A DNA stretch of 55,203 nucleotides, taken from Octopus bimaculoides. Lineage: Eukaryota. Below, in pieces: positions 39,042 to 52,299 of this stretch (within the stretch, counting starts at the first letter, position 1; every line of letters starts with the position of its first letter). The notes beneath the pieces were generated by a model, which did no database searches, was not told where the DNA came from, and saw only the letters and a list, made by a program, of their open reading frames with translations. The position numbers were made by a program, and so were the translations under genes. The stretch covers positions 146,176,369 to 146,231,571 of the forward strand of contig NC_068984.1 of assembly GCF_001194135.2 (NCBI RefSeq). The letters run 5' to 3'.

Positions 39042-40278
39042 AATCGGAGATAAATGATAATCGGTACACTGAAGATTCTGTGATTGTTTACTTGGTTTAT
39101 CTACAAAAATAACAGCAACATTATAATGTTTCAATCCCCCTCCTTCCACTGCCCCGATTAATCTTTGACCTTTGTTTACTGATAGGTTAAAATGTAGGAT
39201 AAAACAAATCAGATAGAATACACGAAAGAAGCTTGAGACCTACAGCACGCACACACACACAGTGTGTGTGCGTGTGTGTGTGTTTATATACAACTGTAAC
39301 AGTTTCTTCTTCTTCTGCTGTTCGTTGCATACAAAGATTGGAATGAAGAAAAGTGTTGTGTCTGGTATTACGTGTTGATGGAATGAAACGATTTGGCACA
39401 GATCATGGCACCACGATGATCATGGCACCACAGATGAGTGGACTTTCAGACGGTTTTGGCAACGGCATTTCTTTGGCACTGGAGGCAAACACACAAATAC
39501 TCACACGGCACATAGAGAGAGGGAGAGATGGAGAGACAGAGAGAGACATTAGAATTTATTACTTGAAGATGACTGACAAACACTAAGAAAGGGGAAAGTC
39601 ATCATCATCATCATCATCATGACTCTCCTCTCTCCATACACACAAAAGACAAACATGCTTACACATAAAACACAGAGAGGAAGGGGTGGAGGTAAGGGAG
39701 AGCAAGGAGGTGGAGGAAAGGGGGGAGAGAGGGACATTAAAAAGTCTGATGTTAAACAAGTCACCATTGAATCAGCGATGCCAAATAAGCAAATAGGAAA
39801 CGTCCCCTGCCTAACTGCTCAGCTGGTGTGCCACCCAGGGGAAGGTGCTAACCTTCTGCTTTTATTCCTAATCTACAAATGGAACCCTTCCCCATCTGAC
39901 AACCTCCTCAATATGAAACAGACCAAGGCTACTTCTTCACTCCAGCCGGCACTGGCATCAACCATGCTCGAATGGTGCTTTTGACGTGCCGCTGGCACAG
40001 ATGCCAATCAGGCGGTACTCTTGTGAATGGAAAAGTATTACATTTGGCTGAATAATCTAAACGTTGAAAGGTTAAACCCTTGTCTGAGTCTCACAGGTGA
40101 CACTTCTCTCACGTATTCTAAATGTTGTGATGAAGGCAGGGACTAATACACAATAAGCTAAATGGAGCAAACTGCCAACTGCAGGTGCATTGCTTCTCAA
40201 CTCATGAAAGAACTGGACCAACAGCCATAAAATCTTTCATTTATATGGCATCTTTGTCATCCCAGGTGCATGACTTAC

Positions 40279-40369
40279 ACAACATCAGGGCTTTGTGATC
40301 ATTCCTGGTAACTCTGCCAGCATCGATAAAACGAAGGCATTCACAGTTGTCGTTATAATGCACTCTTAA
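40279..40369 (-). other. Candidate 91-nt exon (5'UTR or coding)
   Basis: Acceptor ggatttcattttcag| and donor TTGT|gtaagt in unique sequence. One open frame (LRVHYNDNCECLRFIDAGRVTRNDHKALML), ending ATG TTG T in phase 1. No homology recognised. Confidence 0.2.
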
Positions 40370-40614
40370 CTGAAAATGAAATCCAACACGTGAGAACAAA
40401 ATGACCTCAATACTAACTGGTTTTGCTTAGCTTCACTTTGATATTTCAAGTTTCTGCCCTAAATTTCACTAAAATCGTTCATCCTTTTTTTTTTCTTCTC
40501 CTTATTTACTTATTTATCAAAATGGTGTGTTCAGACATTGAAATATGAAGACTCTTTCTACAAGCAACCCTAATTCTTTCCGTTGTTTTAAAAGAGAGAG
40601 ATGAAGAGGGGGGA

Positions 40615-40617
<3 letters not shown>

Positions 40618-40710
<93 letters not shown>

Positions 40711-40720
40711 TAGAGAGAGA
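40618..40720. repeat. Long (GA)n microsatellite
   Basis: Read directly. Confidence 0.95.
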
Positions 40721-41884
40721 GAACAAGCAGAAATTGTTGCTTATATTTAGGAAAGTTATCATTCTATTTTAAATGCTATTTCAAATTGGAGGATATATTA
40801 AAAAACAATATCTCAATTATAAAACAATGTAATTTCATAACATTCTATGAAACTTGCCCAAGATGCTACACTAGGGCTGAATCTGAAACCATTTCTTCAC
40901 ATATTTAAGTCCCCACTTCCCATGTCATCCAATGAAATCCTCCTTCAGTGTAGAGAAATCAGTCTTCAGAATCATATCCAATTCTTCACCAAGTCAGGTT
41001 ATCATCAAAGTCATTGCTTCCTGTGCCAACATTCACCCGATTCCAAGTTAAGTCTATTCTATTGCACAGTGAATAGTTGAGACATGCTCAGAGGAAAACT
41101 GCATGCAACCAGTGCACATGTGCAATCAAGAATACACACAATTAATGCAGACATGCAATCAGGAATGCACACATGTGAAGACAAGATGAATATGAACTCA
41201 ATCATACACACAACATATTATCATTTTAATGTAATGCTTGCATAGGTCGGATGCAATTTGTTGAGGAAGATTTTCTATGGCCAGATGCCCTTCGATTGCC
41301 AACCCTCCCCTGTTTCCAAGTCATGTAATATTCCCCCATGACCAGATGTGTTTCCACAGAAGATTGGAAATAATTGTGATGTTTGCAACTACCATGTCAT
41401 CTCAAGGAAAGGAGACACACACACACACACACACAATGAATGGAATCAACTCACAAAGCTTTGCTCAGCCCATGGCTATCATAGAAGACACAGGCCCAAG
41501 GTGTCACGTAATGGGACTGAATCTGAAACCACATCGTGGCTGGAAAGCAAACTTCTTATCACACAGCTACGTCTCTGTACCTATCGTACACATATATTTA
41601 TACATGCTGGGCTTCTTAAAGTTTCCATCTCACAAATTTCATTCACAAGGTATTGGTCAAGCGAAGTCCACTTCCACTTCATGGACAGTGTCTTCCAGTG
41701 TCCTCTACTGATCAACAACATCCATGTGGCAGGAGTGAACTTCAAACTATGTGGTTCCGAAACGAGTTTCTCAACCACACTGTCATGTCTATTTATATGA
41801 ACTTGAAGAACTGTGCCATTACCCAACATTGGCATAAATTCTGGTTAATGGCTGAAAAAACACAATTGTGAATAGAAACAACTG

Positions 41885-42235
41885 AAATAGGGTTCCCCTG
41901 AGGAGTCTGTGAAGGGTGCATGGCTCCGAGATTAGGAGGTCTCTCTAGGTCTCTGTCTGCACTGAGAGGTCACAGTTTCAATAAAACAGATATGCAATGA
42001 GAATGTCATAGGAAAGGATTGCAAGACAGATTCTTCAAGCTGAGCCAACAAACAAGAGACGTGAGGGTGAATCTAGAATGAAATGGTTGATAATAGACTC
42101 GGTTTGTTATGCTTCGGAATCCAGCCAGAAAGTGTAATGACTGTTGCTTCTGACAGGACTTTGTGGCAGAAGGGTCTAAGGATTCTACTCCCACAACCCT
42201 TTCAGGAATGGTAGACAGAGAAATGGATGGATGGA
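41885..42235 (+). mobile_element. RTE-clade LINE 3' end, same family as 9027-9407
   Basis: Aligns by eye with the reverse complement of 9040-9360 (gagaatgtcataggaaaggattgcaagacagattcttcaagc...gaaatggatggatgg). Confidence 0.75.
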
Positions 42236-42570
42236 ACTCGGACTAATGTGAGAAAATATGTAATACTTTTTCATTTCAAGACTGTATTTATGGCTGGGGA
42301 AGAATTTTATAGAAATTAAAAGGAAAGAGAAAGAGAAAGAGAGGGGGGGGGGGAGACTAGAGGAGTAAAACCTGGTGAAAGTAAAACACACAAAATACAG
42401 AAACATGTTTTCTAGAACAAAATAATTTAGAGCAAAATAGAAAGAAGAAAACGTGGAGGGAATGAAGAAGTACAGATTCTAGTTATAGTTCAAATTAGTA
42501 GTCATGACACCTTTGTACATTTGGTTTTGTGTTTAACTTTAATGATCTTTTTTTTAAATGATTTCCATTA

Positions 42571-42619
<49 letters not shown>

Positions 42620-42877
42620 GAGGTGGGTGGGTATCTAGAAGTTGTAATTGGTATCATTGAGGAGTAATTCACTGAGAATATGTTACGAACACCAATGCAC
42701 ACACACACACGCACACACACATCAACGTACATGTGGATGCACATACACATATATACATACATACACGCACACATGCACATACACACAATATAAATATACA
42801 CTTACACACACGTGGATATGTGGATGCATATACATGCAATACACATTTGCACATACATGCAAATACAAACATACACA

Positions 42878-42922
<45 letters not shown>

Positions 42923-43200
42923 GCTAAAATAACAGATGGTTAAAATAAAAATGAAAGACAAATTTAAAAAAAAAACAATAAAATATATAAGCTAAGCTAA
43001 ATATTTATTTACGTTGTGCACCAGCGCAATAAATAAAGTCAATTGCTTAACCTTTTGCAATCACAGATATTCATTGATGAGTTCCGAAAGCTGTATCCTT
43101 CATGCCTTTCCCATAAGCATGAACACCAAAAGGTAAATAGCTACAACTGGAAACGAAGGCAACAGGTGGAGTTCTATGAAGCCTTGAAAACATATCCACA

Positions 43201-43495
43201 TAGGGCGGTTGTGAGGTTAAGAAGCTTGCTCCACAACCATGTGGTTTGGGGGTTCAATCCCACTGCAAAACACCTTGGCCAAGTGTCTTTTACTACAGCC
43301 CCAGTAAGTGGATTTGCTAGATGAAAACTGTGTAGAAGACCACTGGATATATATCTATATACGTATGTGTGTGTGTGTGCCTTTGTGTTAGTGTTTGTCC
43401 CCCCACCAATACTTAACAACCAGTGTTGGTTTGTTTATGTCCCATAGCTTAGCTTAAAAATTCAATAAAAGAGACTGAAAAAGTACCAGACTTAT
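43201..43495 (+). mobile_element. Family B tRNA-derived SINE
   Basis: Head with gggttcaatccc B-box-like motif, caccttggccaagtg, microsatellite and tail. Confidence 0.75.
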
Positions 43496-45515
43496 AGAAA
43501 AGGCCATGGAAACAGGTAGAGGTTGCCAACTGCCATAGAAAATCTGGCCCAACACATTCCATCTGACCCATACAGGTCGACCGGAACTAAAGAAGCCTGT
43601 CACATATATGTGGTTGGCATCGAGAAGAGCAGTCAGGTATAGAAACTGTGACAAAAACGACATTGGGAAATGATGCAGTTCTGCAGCTAATCAGACTGTC
43701 AAACAGATGCAGCCCAAACTTGGAGGGAAAGTGGATGATGTCACATAGAAAGCACCTAGTCCACACTCTGTGAAGTGGTTGGCATTAAGAAAGGCATCAA
43801 GCCATAGAAACCATGCTAAAACAGACAATTTACATTTGGTGCAGCTCTCTGGCTGGTCAGCTCTTGTCAAACCATCCAGCCCATGTCAGCATAGAAAACA
43901 GATGTTAAACGATGATGATGATGATGATGATATATAAATGGATTATAAAACAAACATCTATTCCCTCACTTCGTTTCTCTTATTTGATCAATTTTCATAC
44001 ATGCACACACATTTGTGTGTGTGTATGTACCTGCATGTGGGTGAGTCTGTGTGTGTGTGTGTGTGTGTGTTGATATCTCAATGTCTTGACAATACATGCT
44101 ACTTCTATATGAATATCATCATCATATCAGCAGTGGCCTCCGTTTGCCATTTTCCATGCAAACACGGGGAAGTTGGCATTAACATGATGATCATGATTAT
44201 TATGTGTGTGTACACACACACACATACATCTCCAGCATATGCAACTGAGGCAATATTAAAGTAAAACAGCCATCCATGAATCACAATGTGTATAGATGTT
44301 GACAGACCAATTACTGCAGTGTTTGTGTTAAGATGTCATCTCTCATGGACTTGCTGCACTTAAAACCTCAATGAATATCAGGGAAAGACAAGAATTTGGC
44401 CCAGCATCAGCCAGTGAGGACACCAGATACAGTTCAGCCTCTTTGGGCCCTTTCAATGGTACATACCCACATGCTCAGACAAGAATTCATCACTTCAAAA
44501 ATAGGAAATGGTGTAGACACCATTCACTGATGTTGCAAATAACTGACAGCTGCTGAGGTGATTTGCTGTCTCCTGCTCTTTCTGATATTTATTCTGTTTT
44601 CAACACAGCACGTTCAGAAGAAGGAGACGTTATCTCAAGACAAGCATCACACTAACTGGCCTCTCAACAGCGTATATACATCAAGTATGATATATAAATG
44701 GCAATATATATGTGGAAACACGTTGAGCATTGATAAAGTGACACTATTCAAAAAGCAACCAGAATCTCCAATAAAACAGAATAAAATAAAACACAGTAAG
44801 TCTAGCATCAAGTCTTGTTTGAATTTCTCAAAGAAAGAATTGCATCACCATTGTCCACTCTCAATAAATTAATCAGACTGGTAGACATGTCCATTAACTA
44901 CGGTTATAATATAATATAACATAATGTGATGACAATATATTGCTAACTTCATCTCCTCCCCTTCTTACACACTGATATAGCCTCACCAACAAAACAGCCA
45001 AACAATTTAGATGAAACCACACACACACACACACACACACACATATGTAAAATTTCTTTATTTCTTTCATCAATTGACTAGACAAATATCTCACAAACAA
45101 AGTTATCTTTTTATATATTTCTGGTTAAACAGAATACTACAGCAGCAATAAAAAAAACCTGTCAGACAAAAACAAAAAGCCATTAATTGCAAGAATCTCC
45201 TAATGAAGGCTCCATAAATTCGAGAGCAGTTTATGGTGTGGGCAAAACAGTCATCATTCTTCTTGCAAACACAATGAGAATTTATAGCCAATATTGATTG
45301 ATACCAATACCAAAATGTCTGCAGTGAAGAAAACCTAAAGATACATCAAATACAGATATGTGATAGTCTTTTTTTTCCTTTCTTCATCATCCTTTTCCCA
45401 AGTCATGCTAGTGTGTTCCTGTGTGTGTGTGTGTGTGTGTGACTACATCTGTGTGCGTGTGCATGTATCTATGTGTGTGCATGTGTGTGTGTATCATCTC
45501 ATCATTTTTATAGTA

Positions 45516-45860
45516 AAGATTGTCTGCCAACATAACATGGCAGTCCTGGTTTAGGATGAATGTTGCTGTAATTTAGCCCCAGGAGACATTGTCTCCAGCT
45601 GGCTATACAACACGATCTGTGTCCTTATATTTTCAAACAAGGGAATCTAGCACCCCCACTCAGCTCAAAACAATATCTGTTTATCGCGATTTCCATGTTA
45701 TTTCCCTTCATCAGCACAGAATAATTGTCTGGCTAGAGCTGGCGCTGCCAAATTCCATAAACCAAGATTGCCATGTTATCTTGGCAAACAATCTTTACTA
45801 CAAAGTACTGTTGGTGAATATCTCACATTGTGAAATTTAAAAACAGTAATTTTCTAATCA
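45516..45860. mobile_element. Second copy of the foldback element with most of the right arm replaced or deleted
   Basis: Left arm 45516-45655 matches 11311-11446. The right end (ccatgttatcttggcaaacaatc...aaagtactgttg.tgaatatctc) matches 11590-11685. A third fragment lies at 51592-51671. Confidence 0.75.
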
Positions 45861-46456
45861 TCATTTTTATATCTGAGTTTTCAATGTTGGCTTAGGTTAA
45901 CCATAATATGTTAAAGCAACATTATTCTGCAGCTAGATGCCTTTCCTGTCACAAACCCTTGTTTCCAAGTCAGGCCCCTATTTCCACAGCAGGCATAAAC
46001 CACAACCCCTGTTACTCTTGGGAGAGGCATCATTGTCATTACACCCATTTTCCCCTCTCTTGGAGTCATTATTGCTCATCATTCATTAGGTGTGGCCCAC
46101 TGGTTCGGGTATTGGACTAACAAGTGTTAGGTCATAGGTTTGAATCTGGGGCCAGACAGTAGATTGCGTCCTTGAGCAAGCCACTTCATTTCATGCACCA
46201 GTCCATTCAGCTGGAAACGAGTACCAGTGATAAATGGAGGTTAACCCTGTGATGGACTGGTATCTTATTCAGTCACCAAAACCAACTCATCTAATACCAC
46301 TCTGGTGATACAAGTCTCTTGTTTCAAAGTGATCAAAATTAAAACATTTCCTCAAAATTTCATGTTAATTTATGTTTCAAACATCAGCTTAATTAATGAC
46401 AAAGTTATTTTACTAATTTCTTCATTATTTTCGAAATAAATTGAAACAAGGAACAC

Positions 46457-46780
46457 CATCATCATCATCGTTTTACGTCCGCTTTCCATGCTGGCATGAG
46501 TTGAACAGTTTGTCTGAGGACTGGCAAGCCAGGAGGCTGCACCAGGCTCCAATCTCATCTGGCAAGGTTTCTACAGCTGGATGCCTTTCCTAATGCCAAC
46601 CACGCTCAGAGAGGATGGGTGCTTTTTAGGTGCCACCAGCATGGGAGCCAGTCAGGTGGCACTGGCATCGACCATGCTCGAATGATGCTTTTTTACGTGC
46701 CACCAGCACAGGAGCTAGTCAGGTGGCACTGGCATCAACCATGTTCAGATGGTACATTTTATGTGGCACTCATAAAGTAG
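46457..46780 (-). mobile_element. Family A retroelement with two to three internal units
   Basis: Diagnostic core and repeated units. Confidence 0.85.
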
Positions 46781-48155
46781 CACCATTCTATATATTTGAT
46801 TTTAACTGGGAAAAAAAAAATGGGATGTGACACATACATAGGGCTAAAACTATGAAGAAAAAATAACATACCCAAGAGTTAACATTAAATTTAGGGTGTC
46901 TCTTAAGCCAATTATTCATCATTTTCAAAACTATGAAATGAAAGCAATGTATCTTGATAGAAACATCGTAAGGAAAAGGTTAAGCTCTTCTATACTCATG
47001 AACCCACAAGATTGAAACAGATTATATCTGTTGGTTATCCTTATAATCAGGATGAAATTGCAGACATTTGATGCCCAACTATCTGTTTCACCATGGCTAC
47101 TGTCTTCATGTTAAAATAAACCACAAACAGGCATCAGATATAAAAGACAACCATGAATGAATGGTGTGTGACAGCCAAATCAATTACTGTAGAAATATAA
47201 GTTATGGCTATGAAGCAGCAGACTAGATATGTAAATCAATAAAATTGAAAACAGATATATTGATAGATAAATAGATAGCTCTGAAGAATATTTAGAATGA
47301 AATCTATGGCTAGAAAATAATCAGTTGTTTAATTACGAAGCAAATTTAGAAGAAAAGAACTGCACTACTTTAAAAATAGAAATTTGATTTTTCTGAGGCA
47401 GTAACTGTAACATTGTTATTTAATGTCCATTTTTTGTGCTGGCATGGGCTGGGCATTTCAATGGGAGCTGGCAAGCCAGAGGACTGCATCAAGCTCCAGT
47501 GCCTGTTCGGCATGGTTTCTACAACTGGATGCCCTTCCTAGCACCAACCACCTTCCAGAGGATACTGAGTGCTTTTCTTCTGTGGCACTGGCACAAGTGA
47601 GGTCAGCAAGTAACTCACAAGATGATACCTCCTCAACTGAGTAGGGTATAGGATAAAGCAAGGTAGTTTTATGCCTGTGGTGAGAGGCTAAAGTGTGACA
47701 GAAGGGCAGAATAGGTGTCTTGCAGTAGAAGAGATAAGTGGACACTTCCAGTTGGTGACGAAGAGGTGTCAGGGCATACCCTAGCGTGTTAGGATGAAAC
47801 ATGGCACTGTTCTAGAGAGAACCAGTCTTCTGAGTAGGCAGGATATCTTGATCCAATACGTTCTTCATTGGATGGTCTTTATTTAATGAATGGAAGTACA
47901 CTGTTCACCATGACAACAGCTGTTCATTTAATGTTTTATCGTTAACTACCACAAAGGAATAGTTTAACTTATTTAATTCAGTGCGTCTACAGACCAAGCT
48001 CAAAGCTACAAGATGTCACTCAGCCCAAGTTTGCACCCTACAGGGATTCCAGGGGTGCACAGCCATAGTTTTTCCAGACAGGCAAATAACAATGGGGAAC
48101 ATCAGTGTTACTTTCTTGTTTGTTTTTTTTTAATGCTGCTACTGATCATAACTAC

Positions 48156-48187
<32 letters not shown>

Positions 48188-48319
48188 TATTACTATGAAG
48201 CCCGATGCAGTCTCTTGCCTAACCAGCTCTGGTCAGACTGTCCAATCCATGGCAGCATGGAAGAGAGACATTAAATGATGATGATGATGATGATGATTAC
48301 TGTTGTCATTACTTGTTGT

Positions 48320-48900
48320 TCTGAGTTCAAACACTGCAGAGGTCAACTTCGATCTTTTCAAGGGTCATAAAATAACCACTAGCTGACCACTAGGGTCCAA
48401 TGTCATTGACTTCTCTGTCTCCCTCAAAATTGCTGGCCTTGTGCCAAAATTAGAAATGATTATTCTTATCAAAACTGAGCTGGCAGCACCATTACCACAT
48501 CAGACAAACTGCTTGGCAGAACTTCTGGCTCCCATTCTGAGTCCAAATGCTGCCAGTGTCATCAACTTTGCTTCTCATCATTTCAGGGTTGACAAAGTAC
48601 CAGTGGAGCACCAGGGGGGGAGCAATGCATTCAACTGAACCCTCACCTCTCCATGAAAAATTGCTGACCTTTGCCAAAATTTGAAACCATCATTGTTGTT
48701 GACAGGACTGTTAGGGCTCAGTGGCATTTCTTCCTGCTTTGACATTCTGAGTTCAAATCATGCCGAGGTCAACTTTGCCTTTCATCCCTTTGGGGTTGAT
48801 AACATACCAGTCAGGTGCTGGGGAGAGGAGGGGGGGGGTTAGAGTGTGGTTGACTCACCCCCCCCCACTCTCCTCAGAATTGTTGGCCTTAAACTTTACA
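48320..48900 (+). mobile_element. Three head-to-tail diverged family D SINE copies
   Basis: The ttctgag(t)tc(a)aa...gtcaactt...aaaattg(c/t)tg(g/a)cctt order repeats at ~48320, ~48535 and ~48745. Confidence 0.7.
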
Positions 48901-50184
48901 ACAGACCAGCATTCTCTATTCTTGTGATATTGGTCATACATACAGCATGGAAACTAGGTAACCAGTCAAATGAGTCCCACAGCTCAAGAAAAAGATGAAA
49001 GATATGTACTCCAGCTCTTTGTATTCTGAGTCTGAATTCTAATGATATTAAATTAACTTTTTTTCAGATTTAATAAAATAATGTTCCTGCCAAGAACTAG
49101 AATTGGTTGAATCAGATCTTCAGTTTCCTTCACACTCCCGAAATTTCTTTCAAATTTCCCACACTGATGTAGTTTTGCATAATCATTAAAATCACATTCA
49201 TCTTTCATGAAAATTAATAATAAAAGAAAGTTACAAAATTTTCTAAGCTTGAAATTCTAACCAACTGGAAGCCTCCTCTCTAATTGACAGACCAGAAATC
49301 ACACTTCTCACCTGGTATTAAACTTGTCTCTTTGCAGAACATCAATAATAACCACTTGTCGTCTGTTCCCCGGTTTCTTTTGTTTTGCTTTTTCAGCCAG
49401 GTATTTCAACAAGAGTAGCAAGCAGTGATTTTTGTTGTTGTTGTTTTAAATTGAGAAACATACTCATCTATCAAATTCATTCCCAAGATGGTGGTGGCAG
49501 TGGTCGACTCTTTTACTATTAGATTACCAACCAAACACCAGAGCTTCATGTAATTATTGAAGACAGTTTGAAATAGTTTCCTTTTATTTTCTATGAAGTT
49601 CTCTTACAAAATCAAAATGAAGAAAGAACAGACACATCTAATACGCCCAAATAACAAAGAACCTATGGAAATATTTTTGTGGACCATTAATCAGGTTTTC
49701 TATGGGCTTTTTTTTATGTTGTTTTGTTTGTACCAATATTAATAAATCTTCTAAAAACATTTCGTCAGAATATTTGAATGACATTTACAAAAGGAATTTA
49801 TTTAAACAATATATTTCCATTTCCATTCCAAAGAGACACCAAAAGAAATTGATTTCTCCAAGAAATATACCAGATGTCATTTATTGAAAAGAATATTTTT
49901 TGTTGAAATAGAAGACATTGCTGTGAGGAATTCTTATAATATATCTCTACACAGACTGCAAATAAATCTTAACCAGAAAATAAACCATCAATAAAACCCG
50001 ACATAATATGTTAAACTATTTGCCAATGCTATAAATGTTGCAAAAAATTCTGCATTTCCTTTCAGATTGGTCAATTTTTGGATGACCAAACACAATTCTA
50101 GATTCCACACATTTTTGATGCATCATACTCCCATTCAGATAAACTATTATTTTTTTTTTTATTGGAGGCAATGTGGTTAATGCT

Positions 50185-50660
50185 GGTGTCGCATGCCTGG
50201 CACCCTAAAAAGCACCATTCAAGCGTTGGGTCTCATGGAGACATCTAGCACCCATACACAAAAAGCATCTGTTGAGCATTAAGCCTCACGGAAGCAATGT
50301 GTCTGATGTCAATGTCGCATAACTGGCACCTGTGCCTGTGCCACGTAAAAAACAGCTTTCAAGCATTGGGCCAAGACCTTTGGCAACATGCTGTTGTGCT
50401 TGAGAAGAAGACCCATCAAGCCAAGTAAAATCACAGGCGTGGCAGATACTGGTGTCATGCAAATAGCACCTGTGCCAGTGGCATGTAAAAGCATCCATTA
50501 CACTCTCGGAGTGGTTGGAGTTAGAAAGGGCATCCAGCTGTAGAAACTATGCCAAATCAGACTGGTGTAGCCCCTCAGTTTACCGGCCCTGGTCAAACCC
50601 TCCAACCCATGCCAGCATGGACAATGGATGCTAAATGATGATGATGGCAATGATGATGAT
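50185..50660 (+). mobile_element. Long family A copy retaining an RTE ORF2 C-terminal remnant
   Basis: 50369-50428 reads GQDLWQHAVVLEKKTHQAK* and upstream segments read LSLTEAM / LGLMET, resembling the RTE ORF2 end (LGLTEAMTxDRDLWxxAV). It continues into the family A core and (GAT)n tail. Confidence 0.75.
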
Positions 50661-50944
50661 GGTTGAGCCTGTTGTACCTGGTGTCTTTACTTGAGCTTTC
50701 CTGATACTAACAAATTTGGTTTCTGCTTCAAAACTGTGCAGCTTATTCCCATCCAACAGCTACCAATTTAAGTTCCAGCAAAGGTTATTTCTACCCAGTA
50801 AAATACACCACTGACTTAGTCTCCTGATTCTGGTAATATTTGTTTCAGCTCTTTACATTCTGAGTTCAAACCCTGCCAGTGTTAACTTTGCCTTTCACCT
50901 TTTGTAATTGACCAACTTCCCTCCCAAAATTTCTGGCCATTATG

Positions 50945-51235
50945 TCATGCTTGGGAGGAGAACCCATCAAGCCAAGCAGAATCACAGTCATGGCGGATAC
51001 TGGTGTCATGCAAACTGGCACGTAAACACACCCTGCTGTCATGCAAATGGCACCCATGCCGACGGCACGTAAAAGCATCCATTACACTCTCAGAGTGGTT
51101 GGTGTTAGGAAGGGCATCCAGCCGTAGGAAACCATGCCAAATCAGACTGGAGTCTGGTGCAGCCTTCCAGTGTGCCAGCCCAGTTGAACCGTCCAACCCA
51201 TGCCAGCATGGACAACAGACTGACGATGATGATGA
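50945..51235 (+). mobile_element. Family A copy starting at the ORF2-end remnant (acccatcaagccaag)
   Basis: Parallel structure to 50400-50660. Confidence 0.8.
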
Positions 51236-51675
51236 GAGACAAAATGTTAGAGCAAAATTAAATCCTTACCATGCTTACACTCTTAATTCCTAAACCAATA
51301 CAATGTCAATAGATTAGGAAGTAGTAGATAGGATTATCTCTTGCAGCCTAAATCTCTTATTGGTTTATCTAAATCACATGAAACCCACCTCAGAGTAACA
51401 ATAATCATGAGGATAGAAATGATAATTACACAGACAAGTAAGAGAGTGTGAAGAGGAGAGTGGGCTGTTGATTAGAACAATAAAAAAAGGTCAAATAGCT
51501 GACCTCAGTATTATATCAGGAAGACTTGCTTCATTCCATCTCTTTTTTTCCCCTGCTATGATTAAATAAACCGAGCAGGGGNNNNNNNNNNCAGTCCTGG
51601 TTTAGGACAAATGTTGCTGTAATTTAGCCCTAGGAGACATCATCTCCAGCTGGCTATACAACATGATCTGTACAT

Positions 51676-51897
51676 CATTTACATTTGACGGATATTTGTC
51701 CTCATCTTGTTTGTTATTAACACGTTTCAGCTGATATACCCTCCAGCCTTCATCAGGTGTCTTGGAGAAACTTTGAACCTGGGTTCTCATTCCTAAGGTA
51801 TTTTTTAATGTTATTATTATTATTATCATTCAGGTCACTGCCTGGAATCGATCTCGGAATCTTAGGGTTAGTAGCCTTAACCACAACGCCATATACC
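51676..51897 (-). mobile_element. tRNA-headed SINE carrying a hammerhead-ribozyme-like core
   Basis: Minus strand: A-box-like TGGCGTTGTGG, B-box-like GAGATCGATTCC, an (ATA)n spacer, then ACAC-CTGATGA-A-GGCTG-(10 nt)-CAGCT-GAAAC-GTGT at 51760-51720. Confidence 0.75.
51720..51760 (-). ncRNA. Degenerate minimal type I hammerhead ribozyme motif, probably inactive
   Basis: Core boxes CUGAUGA and GAAAC, stem II GGCUG/CAGCU and stem I ACAC/GUGU are present. The GUH cleavage triplet between GAAAC and stem I is missing. Confidence 0.55.
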
Positions 51898-52299
51898 ACA
51901 CAGCCACTCCTATGTCTATTAATTTTTTTTTTCCCTACTATATGTTTAAGGTGTGAAATTTTGGGGTACAGTGCTTGTCAATCACATCATTCTGTGTTCA
52001 TCATCATCATCATCCAGTGTTTTAAAATCGGGTTTTGTCCCTGTTAATGGGGGTGGCCGGATCTACCTCAATGCCATAGCAACCAAGGTAGGCAGGTGCA
52101 GCCCACCCCAACCTTTGGGCTGGCTGGGACCCATTCTCCTTTGCTATCATGAGGCTTTTTTGGAGCTGGATTTTCTACGGGGAGCATGCCCTTGCTTACC
52201 CCCAACCTCAGTTTCTAGACATGAGTGGTTCCGAGACCAAGGTTTCTACCATGATTTTTAAGAAATGTGGTGGAAAACTAGCTCAGGAAGGCAGGGACG

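Noticed and set aside
51835-51897. tRNA-like sequences here and at other SINE heads
   Set aside because: A/B boxes are present but the acceptor and anticodon stems are broken, and each continues into a SINE body. These are not tRNA genes.
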